DNA from: an uncultured Thermoplasmata archaeon | GTDB lineage: Archaea; Thermoplasmatota; Thermoplasmata; JAJSAE01 | Direction: 5' to 3' | DNA length: 34,663 nt | Assembly: GCA_964552865.1 (NCBI GenBank) | Contig: CAZKII010000006.1 | Span: 1-34,663 of the forward strand | In this document: positions 27,200-34,663 of the stretch, in pieces | Position numbering within the stretch: position 1 is the first letter of the stretch | How the letters are laid out: every line of letters starts with the position of its first letter | Position numbers and translations under genes: made by a program | The notes under the pieces: generated by a model | The model's input: only the letters and a program-made list of their open reading frames with translations | Told to the model about the DNA's origin: nothing | Database searches by the model: none

Positions 27200-27733
27200 T
27201 TAATCCTTTTCTCTGACCGGGCCGAAGAAATCCTCCTCTTCCCTTATCACATCCTCCGGGCTTTCCGCAGCAGCATAGGCCCTGAGAGGCTCTCTGTTGA
27301 GGGTGAGGAAGGTCTCTCCGAAGCCGAACTTGGACATTACCTCATCCGCCTCCTTCGCGAAGCCAGTGATGAGAAGAGCGGCGGCCACGGCTTCGGCGGT
27401 GGAGAGACGGAACGGCTTCCCGTAATTGACGGGGTTGGCCGCAAGCAGAGCGGGGAGCCTGCGCCCCTCGAAATAATCGGAGGAGAAGAAGCGGCTCTCG
27501 ATCTCGTTCCACGAACAATCGACGGCGGACAGGCCCCTTTTCTCGATGATACCCCTGTCTCCCTTCCATATGACCCTCTCCGAATACGGATTGAGAAGAA
27601 CGGAGCGCGGGGGCAGCCCCTTCAATCTGCGCACCTCTCTGGCAAAGCCGAACCGCACCATCTTCTTTGCGGTGCACTTCTTCGGGTCGTCCTGGGCGGT
27701 GTGATATATCACAATCCTCGGGGAATATCCCAT
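27200..27733 (-). CDS. tsr3: 16S rRNA aminocarboxypropyltransferase Tsr3 (DUF367)
   Basis: QDDPKKCTAKK, DCSW, RRLPALLAANPVNYG, LSTAEA. Confidence 0.95.
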   Translation of the reverse strand: MGYSPRIVIYHTAQDDPKKCTAKKMVRFGFAREVRRLKGLPPRSVLLNPYSERVIWKGDRGIIEKRGLSAVDCSWNEIESRFFSSDYFEGRRLPALLAANPVNYGKPFRLSTAEAVAAALLITGFAKEADEVMSKFGFGETFLTLNREPLRAYAAAESPEDVIREEEDFFGPVREKD

Positions 27734-27750
27734 GCTCCTCGCCAGTGGAG

Positions 27751-27762
27751 TTAAATATTTAA
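27751..27762. promoter_or_regulatory. Palindromic TATA (TTAAATATTTAA) shared by tsr3 and the C/D sRNA
   Basis: Perfect 12-bp palindrome at promoter-like spacing from both the tsr3 ATG and the sRNA 5' end. Confidence 0.6.
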
Positions 27763-27782
27763 GGATTCACCCGATGTCCCCC

Positions 27783-27842
27783 TGCCGCAGTGATGAAGAA
27801 CTCGTTCTGACCGGTGATGAATGATGGGCGAACTGAGCGGCA
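27783..27842 (+). ncRNA. Box C/D 2'-O-methylation guide sRNA
   Basis: Terminal stem TGCCGC/GCGGCA; C GTGATGA 27790-27796; D' CTGA 27807-27810; C' GTGATGA 27814-27820; D CTGA 27833-27836; guides of 10 and 12 nt. Confidence 0.9.
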
Positions 27843-27877
27843 CCACCTTTATTTACCTCCAATCCATCTCCTTTCCC

Positions 27878-28429
27878 ATGTGGCGTGAAATCGGCCGCTT
27901 CGGAAGGAAGCTAGTGGAACAGGGTCTAGTCCCGTCCCACTTCGGGAACATAAGCGTAAGGACGGGGGACAGGATACTGATCACCCGCTCCGGCAGTATG
28001 CTTGATGAGATTACAGAAAAGGATGTGGTGGAGGTGGATTTGTACAGAGAAGGGAGCATGGACATCATCGCTTCCTCCGAAACCATAAGCCACAGGATGA
28101 TATACCAGAAAACATCGGCGCAGGCCATCATACATACCCACGCTCCCTATGCAGTTGTGCAGTCCATGATGACCGAATCGGACCGCTTCGTACCGATAGA
28201 CAGCGAGGGATCGTACTTCCTCCACGATGTACCGATTGTGACGGGAGGCATCGGCTCCAAAGAAATGGCAGTGAACCTCTCCGCCGCCCTGCAGGAGAGA
28301 AAGGGGGCCATTGTGAGGGGACACGGAACATTTGCAGTCGGCAAGATTCTGGAAGAGGCTTTCGTGGTCACCACCATGATAGAGCACAGCGCCATGCTGA
28401 AATACCTCGTGGAGTGCGGAAGGAAATAG
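27878..28429 (+). CDS. Class II aldolase/adducin family protein (FucA-like)
   Basis: GNISVR, ASSE...H, IIHTH, VRGHG Zn ligands; start ATG 27878. Confidence 0.9.
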   Translation: MWREIGRFGRKLVEQGLVPSHFGNISVRTGDRILITRSGSMLDEITEKDVVEVDLYREGSMDIIASSETISHRMIYQKTSAQAIIHTHAPYAVVQSMMTESDRFVPIDSEGSYFLHDVPIVTGGIGSKEMAVNLSAALQERKGAIVRGHGTFAVGKILEEAFVVTTMIEHSAMLKYLVECGRK

Positions 28430-28430
28430 A

Positions 28431-30113
28431 TCACTTTCCCGGGCACTGAGAAGCGATCTCCGGGCTTATGCCTTTGTTCCCGTAGGCCCTGTCGAAGTGG
28501 GCGCTGAAGTCGGCCGCCAGCCGCCGCGCTCTCTCCATATACGCCTCTTTATCCTCCCATGTCTCTGCAGGATTGAGAATCTCATCCGGCACACCGGGGC
28601 AGGTCTGAGGAACGAAGAGGTGGAAAAGAGTATCCTCGCGGTATTCGACACCGTCCAGTTCTCCGCTGAGGGCCGCATCCACCAGACGGCGTGTGAGGCT
28701 TATGTCCATTCTTGAGCCCACACCATAAGGTCCGCCGCTCCAGCCGGTGTTGACGAGATACACCTTTGTTCCGTGTCTCTTCATCCGCTCTCCCAGCATT
28801 TCGGCGTACACATCCGGATTCCTCGGCATGAACGGCTCGCCGAAGAAGCGTGAGAAGGTGCTTACCGGGTCAACGATGCCGGTTTCCGTCCCCGCAAGTT
28901 TACTGGTGTACCCCATGAGGAACCAGAGCATCGCCTGCTCCGGCGTCAGTTTCGATATGGGGGGCAGCACGCCGTTGGCATCGGCCGTGAGGAACAGAAC
29001 CGTCGAGGGGTGGCCTCCGGTGGAGGATTCCTTTATATTACTCAGAAATGTCAGAGGATAGGACCCGCGGGAGTTGGGGGTGAGCCTATCATCGTCGAAA
29101 TCGAATGTTCCGTCCGGATAGAACATGGCGTTCTCCACGATGGCTCCGTGGTCCAGATAATCCGCCTCGTGCATTATGGCGTCGTATATCTCCGGCTCCT
29201 TCTCCCTCCGTATGTTTATGAGCTTGGCATAGCATCCGTTCTCGAAATTCGCTATACCATCGTCGCCCCACCCGTGCTCGTCGTCTCCGAGAAGCGCGCG
29301 ATTGGGGTCCGCGGAAAGGGTCGTTTTCCCGGTGCCGGAGAGTCCCAGAAGAAGGGCGGTCTTTCCGTCCCGACCTTCGTTGGCGGAGCAGTGGAGCGGT
29401 AGCACCCCTTTCGCAGGGAGAAGGTAGTTCATAACGGTGAACATTAGCTTCTTCACGCTACCAGCATAGGCAGAACCGTAAACTATGCCCATGCGTCTAT
29501 CGTAGTCCATGGCAACGGCCATGGTGCTGGTGCTTCCGTCCGGCAGTTTTCTGAGCCGACCCTCGTATCTCTTACCGTCCAGCTTGTCATAGGGGAGGAC
29601 GATGAGCGTGAACACCTCGTCTCCGAAGACGCTCCTCTCTATGTCCTCGGGAACAGGGCGGAACATATTGAGGGTGAAAAGGGCCGTGAGCGCTCTGTCG
29701 GTTATGGTTCTGGTAGGGAGTGCGTATCTGGAATCCGCCCCCAGAACCCTGTTCGTAACATATATCCTTTCCTTTTCCTTTATGGTATTCAGAGCGTCCT
29801 CGAAGAGCATGTCGAAGGTCTCCTCGTCTATGGGGATGTTATTGGGCGAATCCCAGTCGATGTTCCCCTCCGTTTCCGCTCTCTTAACCGTTACCGTATC
29901 CTTGGGGCTCCTGCCGGTGGATTCGGACGGGGTCCATGTGGCAAGGGCTCCGCCGGAGGAAACAAACGCCTCATTCCTCTCCACCGCCTGCTTTATGGTT
30001 TCCCTTCTGTCAAGGTCCACAAGCACTCCCGGGTGCCCCTTCAAAACTTCGTCTACAAGACCGACCATTCTTCTGTTCTCCTCCCGGAGAAAGGTGTCGT
30101 GTGCGGCTGCCAT
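28431..30113 (-). CDS. pckA: Phosphoenolpyruvate carboxykinase (ATP)
   Basis: TGRSPKD, LHCSAN, GLSGTGKTTLS, GDDEHGW, NFENGCYAK, LTADANGVLPP; start ATG 30113 after GGAGG. Confidence 0.96.
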   Translation of the reverse strand: MAAAHDTFLREENRRMVGLVDEVLKGHPGVLVDLDRRETIKQAVERNEAFVSSGGALATWTPSESTGRSPKDTVTVKRAETEGNIDWDSPNNIPIDEETFDMLFEDALNTIKEKERIYVTNRVLGADSRYALPTRTITDRALTALFTLNMFRPVPEDIERSVFGDEVFTLIVLPYDKLDGKRYEGRLRKLPDGSTSTMAVAMDYDRRMGIVYGSAYAGSVKKLMFTVMNYLLPAKGVLPLHCSANEGRDGKTALLLGLSGTGKTTLSADPNRALLGDDEHGWGDDGIANFENGCYAKLINIRREKEPEIYDAIMHEADYLDHGAIVENAMFYPDGTFDFDDDRLTPNSRGSYPLTFLSNIKESSTGGHPSTVLFLTADANGVLPPISKLTPEQAMLWFLMGYTSKLAGTETGIVDPVSTFSRFFGEPFMPRNPDVYAEMLGERMKRHGTKVYLVNTGWSGGPYGVGSRMDISLTRRLVDAALSGELDGVEYREDTLFHLFVPQTCPGVPDEILNPAETWEDKEAYMERARRLAADFSAHFDRAYGNKGISPEIASQCPGK

Positions 30114-30252
30114 CCATATGCCTCCTGCAATTGCCGGCTCATGCCGACAGCCCTGGCACACCGATGCCCTATTTAAGGTTTCTTTTTTTCAGAAATCTGA
30201 GAAACCGTCCGTCCACCGCAATTTTTTAATAGAAAATCCCTATGACCGTGTA

Positions 30253-31920
30253 ATGCTAAACGATATAGAGATTGCCGAGAAGGCAAAGAAAAAGCCGATA
30301 AAGATTATAGCAAGGAGCATCGGCCTATCGGATTATGAGATAGAACCGTACGGAAACTACAAGGCAAAGCTGTGCTTCGATGTGCTGAAACGCAGGAAGG
30401 ACCGGCCCGACGGGAAACTGATTCTGGTAACAGCGATAACCCCGACATCCAGCGGGGAAGGAAAGACCCTCACCACCGTGGGATTGGGGCAGGCACTCCA
30501 CAGACTGAAGAAGAAGGCGATAATAACCCTGAGGGAACCGTCTCTCGGCCCCGTGTTCGGCATAAAGGGCGGTGCGGCAGGTGGTGGCTACTCGCAGGTC
30601 CTGCCGATGGAGGACATAAACCTTCATTTCACAGGGGACATGCACGCGATAACCGCAGCCCACAACCTTCTGGCCGCACTTCTGGACAACCACATACACA
30701 ACAAGAACGAACTGAACATCGATGTTAACAAGGTGGTGTGGAAGCGCGTTATGGACATGAACGAAAGGGCTCTGAGGCACATCGTAATCGGGCTGGGCGG
30801 AGGAAAGGACGGAACTCCCAGAGAGGACAGTTTCGCCATAACCGCGGCCTCCGAGGTGATGGCCATCCTCTGCCTCGCCTCCGACCTCTCCGACCTGAAA
30901 AAGCGTCTGGGAGAGATAATCGTGGCCTACAACATGAGGGGGGAGCCCGTACGGGCCAGAGACCTGAAGGCCGAGGGAGCCATGGCGATGCTGCTGAAGG
31001 ACGCATTCAAACCCAACCTGGTGCAGACCACCGAGAACACGCCTGCCATAATCCACGGCGGCCCCTTCGGAAACATAGCCCACGGAACGAACAGCATAAT
31101 CGCCGACAGGATGGCCCTGAAACTGGCGGACTATGTGGTGACGGAAGCGGGATTCGGCACGGACCTCGGGGCGGAGAAGTTCTTCGATATCGTCTGCCCG
31201 CTGGCTGGCTTCCGTCCGTCCGCGGTTGTCCTCGTGGTCTCACTGAAGGCCCTGAAACGGCACGGCGGCCTCAAAAAGGACGAACTGAAAAAGAAGAACA
31301 TAGAGGCTCTGAAGGCAGGCCTCCCCAACATGGAGAAGCACATAGAGAACATCAGAAAATACGGGCTTCCCGTGGTTGTGGCCATCAATCACTTCGAATT
31401 CGACGACCCGGAGGAACTGGAAACCGTGAAAAAGAGATGTACGGAGCTCGGAGTCCCGGTGGCGATATCCGATGTGTACTCTCAGGGCGGGAAAGGAGGC
31501 ATGGAGCTCGGCCGTCTCGTGCTGGAAGCAACAGAAAAAGAGAGCGAGTTCAAACCGCTCTACAGCAGAGAAGAGCCTCTGACTGTGAAGATAGAGCGGA
31601 TCGCAAAGGAGATCTACGGGGCCGACGGAGTCCATTACAGCAGGAAGGTAAAGCGGGAACTGAAGAAGTACGAGAAGCTCGGCTACGGGAATCTGGCCGT
31701 CTGCATGGCAAAGACACAGTCATCCCTATCGGACGACCCGCATCTCCTCGGAAGGCCGACGGGCTGGATAATGAGCATAACCGACATATCCATATCCGCA
31801 GGCGCCGGATTCATCGTCCCCATATCCGGAGAGATGAATGTCATGCCGGGCCTGCCGAAAAAACCGGCGGCCGAGGGAATGGACATAGACGAGGACGGCA
31901 ACATAACGGGGCTGTTCTGA
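30253..31920 (+). CDS. fhs: Formate--tetrahydrofolate ligase
   Basis: TPTSSGEGKT, GIKGGAAGGGYSQV, HGGPFGNIAHG, TEAGFGTDLG, MPGLP; real start ATG 30253 (MLNDIEIA). Confidence 0.97.
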   Translation: MLNDIEIAEKAKKKPIKIIARSIGLSDYEIEPYGNYKAKLCFDVLKRRKDRPDGKLILVTAITPTSSGEGKTLTTVGLGQALHRLKKKAIITLREPSLGPVFGIKGGAAGGGYSQVLPMEDINLHFTGDMHAITAAHNLLAALLDNHIHNKNELNIDVNKVVWKRVMDMNERALRHIVIGLGGGKDGTPREDSFAITAASEVMAILCLASDLSDLKKRLGEIIVAYNMRGEPVRARDLKAEGAMAMLLKDAFKPNLVQTTENTPAIIHGGPFGNIAHGTNSIIADRMALKLADYVVTEAGFGTDLGAEKFFDIVCPLAGFRPSAVVLVVSLKALKRHGGLKKDELKKKNIEALKAGLPNMEKHIENIRKYGLPVVVAINHFEFDDPEELETVKKRCTELGVPVAISDVYSQGGKGGMELGRLVLEATEKESEFKPLYSREEPLTVKIERIAKEIYGADGVHYSRKVKRELKKYEKLGYGNLAVCMAKTQSSLSDDPHLLGRPTGWIMSITDISISAGAGFIVPISGEMNVMPGLPKKPAAEGMDIDEDGNITGLF

Positions 31921-31927
31921 AAAACCT

Positions 31928-32680
31928 TTACCCCTCTATCCCCATCTCTTCTTTCTTTTTCCTCTCCCGTTTGCGCCTCTCTTCCTCCTCTTTCTTCTCC
32001 TTCTCCCTCAATTTATCCATCTTCTCCCGAATCGGGCAGTCATAGTCCGGTTCCGGGCACGGCTCCGTTCTGCAGGTCGGCCCCGCCTTCTCGAATATTA
32101 CGGGTGCCACCTTCTTGACCTCGGTCATCATGCGGTTGGCCATCTCCCTTATCTCCCACTGGGCCCTCATGCATGTGCGTATCTTGAAGAAGCCGAGGAG
32201 TTCCCGGGCGTTCATGGTCACAACGATGTTCGTGGTGCAGGCATTGGGGAGAAGGTAGCGGGCATCTTCGTTGGGAATCCCCATATCCGCAAGCTCTCCG
32301 TAGGCCTTCCATATCTCATCCATCAGTTTCTCGTATCTTTCGAGCGCCTCGGGATTCTTCTCAATGGTCTTTGGGGTGACATAGGAGGCCTTCTTCATGG
32401 AGACATACCGCTGGCTCTGCTGAGAGTAGGAGGCGATTCTGTGCCTTACGAGCTGATGCGTCAGAGCGCGAGAAACCCCTTCTATGCTGAATGTGAAAAC
32501 CGCATGTTCTATGACGGAATGATGGCCGCTGGCCACCACGCGCTTGATTATCCTCTCGGACTTCTCCGGGCTTATTTTCTCTATGATCCTGCTGGCTGAC
32601 TGGCTGGAATAACAGGTGTTCGCGGCCACAGAGGCCAGCCTGTCCGGTTCCGGCGTGTAGGCTATCAACTCGACCTTCAT
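31928..32680 (-). CDS. thyX: FAD-dependent thymidylate synthase
   Basis: GHHSVIEH, RHRIASYSQQSQRY, EDARYLLP, AQWEIR; start ATG 32680 with a TATA ~25 nt upstream (leaderless). Confidence 0.97.
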   Translation of the reverse strand: MKVELIAYTPEPDRLASVAANTCYSSQSASRIIEKISPEKSERIIKRVVASGHHSVIEHAVFTFSIEGVSRALTHQLVRHRIASYSQQSQRYVSMKKASYVTPKTIEKNPEALERYEKLMDEIWKAYGELADMGIPNEDARYLLPNACTTNIVVTMNARELLGFFKIRTCMRAQWEIREMANRMMTEVKKVAPVIFEKAGPTCRTEPCPEPDYDCPIREKMDKLREKEKKEEEERRKRERKKKEEMGIEG

Positions 32681-32720
32681 GAGGAGGGGGATAGAGCGAG
32701 GGGATATATACCTTATCTCA

Positions 32721-32738
32721 AGGGAAAAGAGATATAAG
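32721..32738 (+). promoter_or_regulatory. BRE plus TATA, probably driving the repeat-tRNA transcript
   Basis: Purine-rich GGGAAAAGA followed by GATATAAG; the predicted start (~32760-32764) coincides with repeat 1. Confidence 0.55.
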
Positions 32739-32763
32739 AAGGAGGAGATTGTGTGATAGAAGG

Positions 32764-32952
32764 CCCGTAAAAGAAATTGGAAAAAAGGGGTAGTCAAACA
32801 GCGCACATGGGCCGATTGGTGTTGCGCTTTAGACTACCCCTGCACCTGTCCGATTTCCCCGTAAAAGAAATTGGAAAAAGGGGGGTAGTCAAACAGCGCA
32901 CTTGGACCCATTGGTGTTGCGCTTTAGACTACCCCTGCATCTGCCCAGTTAC
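32764..32952. repeat. Two tandem 94/95-bp hairpin repeats with tRNA-Leu-like arms
   Basis: Units 32764-32857 and 32858-32952, each CCCGTAAAAGAAATTGGAAAAA+GGGGTAGTC-AAAC-AGCGCAC...GTGTTGCGCT-TTA-GACTACCCC-TGCA. Differences are confined to the A/G run, the apical loop and the linker. Confidence 0.95.
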
Positions 32953-32957
32953 CCCAT

Positions 32958-33042
32958 GCAGGGGTAGTCAAGCATGGCCAACGGCGCAGGACTTAAGATC
33001 CTGTCCTTCAGAGGTTCGAGGGTTCGAATCCCTCCCCCTGCA
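32958..33042 (+). tRNA. tRNA-Leu(TAA)
   Basis: Acceptor GCAGGGG/CCCCTGC plus A; CAGGA-CTTAAGA-TCCTG; GAGGG-TTCGAAT-CCCTC; long variable arm; no intron; CCA not encoded. Confidence 0.96.
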
Positions 33043-33127
33043 CTATTGCCCTAAATGAAGAAAACGATAATCTTAAATATTCTTCATAACTGTAGAGCTG
33101 ATAAGAAGCAATTCTGGAGGTGAACCC

Positions 33128-34021
33128 ATGTCTGCACCTGTCTCAACTAACAAACCTCTTCTCGAATTGGCCTCTCTTGAGGTCATTCGACAATATGAAA
33201 AAAAAACAGGAGAGCCCATTACGGGCCTGTACTTCAATAAACTAATGTCTCTAGTTTATGCAGAGCTACGGAATAGGTACAACATAAATATTGAACTTCC
33301 ACATTGTTGGTATAGATATGGAGATGAAGTAGTACGCTACCTTATGCCAAACGCAATCAGATGGAATCACGAAACACCTCAATACACAACAGTCACATGG
33401 GTTGGCCAAGAACCGCTCACCCAGAGAGAAGAAAGAGAAATTATAAAAAGGGTAGTCAAGGAGACTATCAAAAAATATGAGCATAAAAGCAAAGAAGAGC
33501 TAGTTGATGATGTTTATTCTTCAGCCCCATTTACATTCCAAAGAAATTTTAGACAACTCCGGCTAAATATTGAAGGAATGGCAGTAGCTAGCGTTGGCAT
33601 CTCAAATTTCAAAGAAGTACTGAGATCATCGCTAGAACAAACCATAGAATCGTTTCCAAAGAAAGAGTTCCCAAATGAAGTTTATGAACGTATAACAAAC
33701 TATTACATGCTAATGAAAAAACTCTTAGAACTGCCGGAATTCAACGTCGAAATTGCTAAGGAACTTACAGAAGACATTTGGTTTTACTTCTCATATTATC
33801 TTAGAATACATAAAAAGTGCTATGAGAATATTCCCCGTAATGTCATTGAATATTGGAAGAGCCAACTAGAATTCCAAAAAAATAAGTTTGATAGGTTTTT
33901 CGCAGAGATTCTTCTTACGCTTAATTCAAAAAACATATTATTCGAAGGAGAACTCCAGGAGATTCTAGAAAAGAGAAAACAAGAAAAAAAAGAGGAACTG
34001 CAATTCATTGAAAACTTTTAA
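33128..34021 (+). CDS. Putative Panacea/SocA (DUF4065)-like antitoxin with helical C-terminal extension
   Basis: FNKLMSLVY...LPHCWYRYGD resembles the KL-x-Y...W-x-x-G-P Panacea pattern; GGAGGTGA SD; AT-rich; upstream of a PIN gene. Confidence 0.6.
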   Translation: MSAPVSTNKPLLELASLEVIRQYEKKTGEPITGLYFNKLMSLVYAELRNRYNINIELPHCWYRYGDEVVRYLMPNAIRWNHETPQYTTVTWVGQEPLTQREEREIIKRVVKETIKKYEHKSKEELVDDVYSSAPFTFQRNFRQLRLNIEGMAVASVGISNFKEVLRSSLEQTIESFPKKEFPNEVYERITNYYMLMKKLLELPEFNVEIAKELTEDIWFYFSYYLRIHKKCYENIPRNVIEYWKSQLEFQKNKFDRFFAEILLTLNSKNILFEGELQEILEKRKQEKKEELQFIENF

Positions 34022-34051
34022 ACGAACTAACTAAAAGACGGAGGCAGATGT

Positions 34052-34477
34052 TTGTGGGAAAAAATTGTTATAGATACATGCGCTCTCATAAACGACAAAA
34101 GTTTTTTTAAATGGCTAAATAGCTATAGAGGCTCTAAGATTCTACCACTTATTGCATACATAGAATATAGTATTGGCCAGAGAAGAAGAGGGAAAAACCA
34201 AGAAAAGATAGACTACTTAATAAAAAAAGTGGCGCAACTAGAGATTCCACAATTTACAACTAAAGAAGCAAGATACACAATTGAAATTGTTTCAGAGATC
34301 TTGGATGAAAGCCAAGGCTCAGATTTTAAGAAAAACTGGAGAGATACAATGATCGCCTCCCATGCATACTATGCCCCGACCCTGCTAGTCACAAATAATG
34401 TTTCAGATTTTAGTTTTCTTGAAAAACGTGTAGTGACTCCTGAAGAGATCAAAAAAAGATATCGTGATAGGATGTAA
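34052..34477 (+). CDS. PIN-domain (VapC-like) ribonuclease toxin
   Basis: IVIDTCALI, conserved E, RDTMIASHA, LVTNNVSDF; GGAGG 7 nt before the TTG start. Confidence 0.88.
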   Translation: MWEKIVIDTCALINDKSFFKWLNSYRGSKILPLIAYIEYSIGQRRRGKNQEKIDYLIKKVAQLEIPQFTTKEARYTIEIVSEILDESQGSDFKKNWRDTMIASHAYYAPTLLVTNNVSDFSFLEKRVVTPEEIKKRYRDRM

Positions 34478-34500
34478 GTAAGCATAATCCAGTTACTTAC
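34474..34500. terminator. Possible bidirectional terminator / inverted repeat between convergent genes
   Basis: GTAAGTAA-N11-TTACTTAC, containing both stop codons. Confidence 0.25.
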
Positions 34501-34663
34501 CTCCCCAGACTCTTATGTGCCTTCCCGAGGTCTCCGGCGGCCTGCGCTCCCATCAATGATATCTCACCGGCCAGAACGGCCCCGCCTATTATCTCCGCCA
34601 GCTTCTTAGCGCTGTTCTCACCGGAGCAGCCCATTATGCTCAGGGCCTCCCTCTGCGTATCCA
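34497..34663 (-). CDS. hmgA: HMG-CoA reductase (class I), C-terminal part; gene continues beyond the window
   Basis: Manual translation [11 protein letters not shown]...[19 protein letters not shown]...[10 protein letters not shown]; not in the ORF track. Confidence 0.92.
   Translation of the reverse strand, partial: DTQREALSIMGCSGENSAKKLAEIIGGAVLAGEISLMGAQAAGDLGKAHKSLGR

Noticed and set aside
27821-27877. Longer N-terminus for the aldolase
   Set aside because: Overlaps the C/D sRNA; family similarity begins at MWREIG.
29602-30252. N-terminal extension making Fhs 772 aa
   Set aside because: Antisense to pckA; Fhs similarity starts at MLNDIEIA, directly after an AT-rich promoter.
30738-32045. 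435-aa ORF overlapping fhs
   Set aside because: Arg/Gly-rich out-of-frame shadow; fhs is intact.
32787-32845. Hairpin as a split or permuted tRNA piece with a BHB splice motif
   Set aside because: No T arm or anticodon arm; only a relaxed bulge-helix-loop can be drawn, on the minus strand; the adjacent tRNA is already complete.
32764-32952. Repeats as a CRISPR mini-array or TIGR-like array
   Set aside because: Variable parts are short, homologous variants rather than unique spacers; no box C/D motifs or adjacent effector.
32764-32952. Tandem folate riboswitch/attenuator for thyX (hairpin plus U-tract on minus strand)
   Set aside because: thyX has its own TATA ~25 nt upstream of its ATG, so the repeats probably lie outside its transcript; no recognisable aptamer.

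Overview
Archaeal genomic window; the gene content suggests Thermoplasmatota, which is an inference. 1-~10250 is a visibly AT-richer minus-strand type III CRISPR-Cas operon: cas6, cas10 (HD and GGDD intact), Cas7/Cas5 RAMPs, two apparently paralogous small helical subunits, a CARF-HEPN effector, cas1 and cas2. No array lies in the window. The operon sits just downstream of a tRNA-Leu(TAG) gene carrying a non-canonical 33-nt D-loop intron. The GC-rich core contains rnp4, yhbY, a MoxR/DUF58/DUF4350/giant Ca-repeat transglutaminase-like surface operon, vanZ, rlmE, pdaD, a STAND-TPR ATPase, a roadblock plus GvpD/KaiC-like pair, tsr3, a box C/D guide sRNA absent from the ORF track, a class II aldolase, pckA, fhs and thyX. 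At the right end, two tandem ~94-bp hairpin repeats sit between a TATA box and tRNA-Leu(TAA) and carry both sense and antisense copies of the tRNA 5' end. They are followed by an AT-rich Panacea(SocA)-like plus PIN toxin-antitoxin pair and the 3' end of hmgA. The most unusual signals are the tRNA-mimicking hairpin repeats, the D-loop intron, the duplicated Cas11-like genes and the box C/D sRNA. All calls come from reading motifs by eye; no searches were run.
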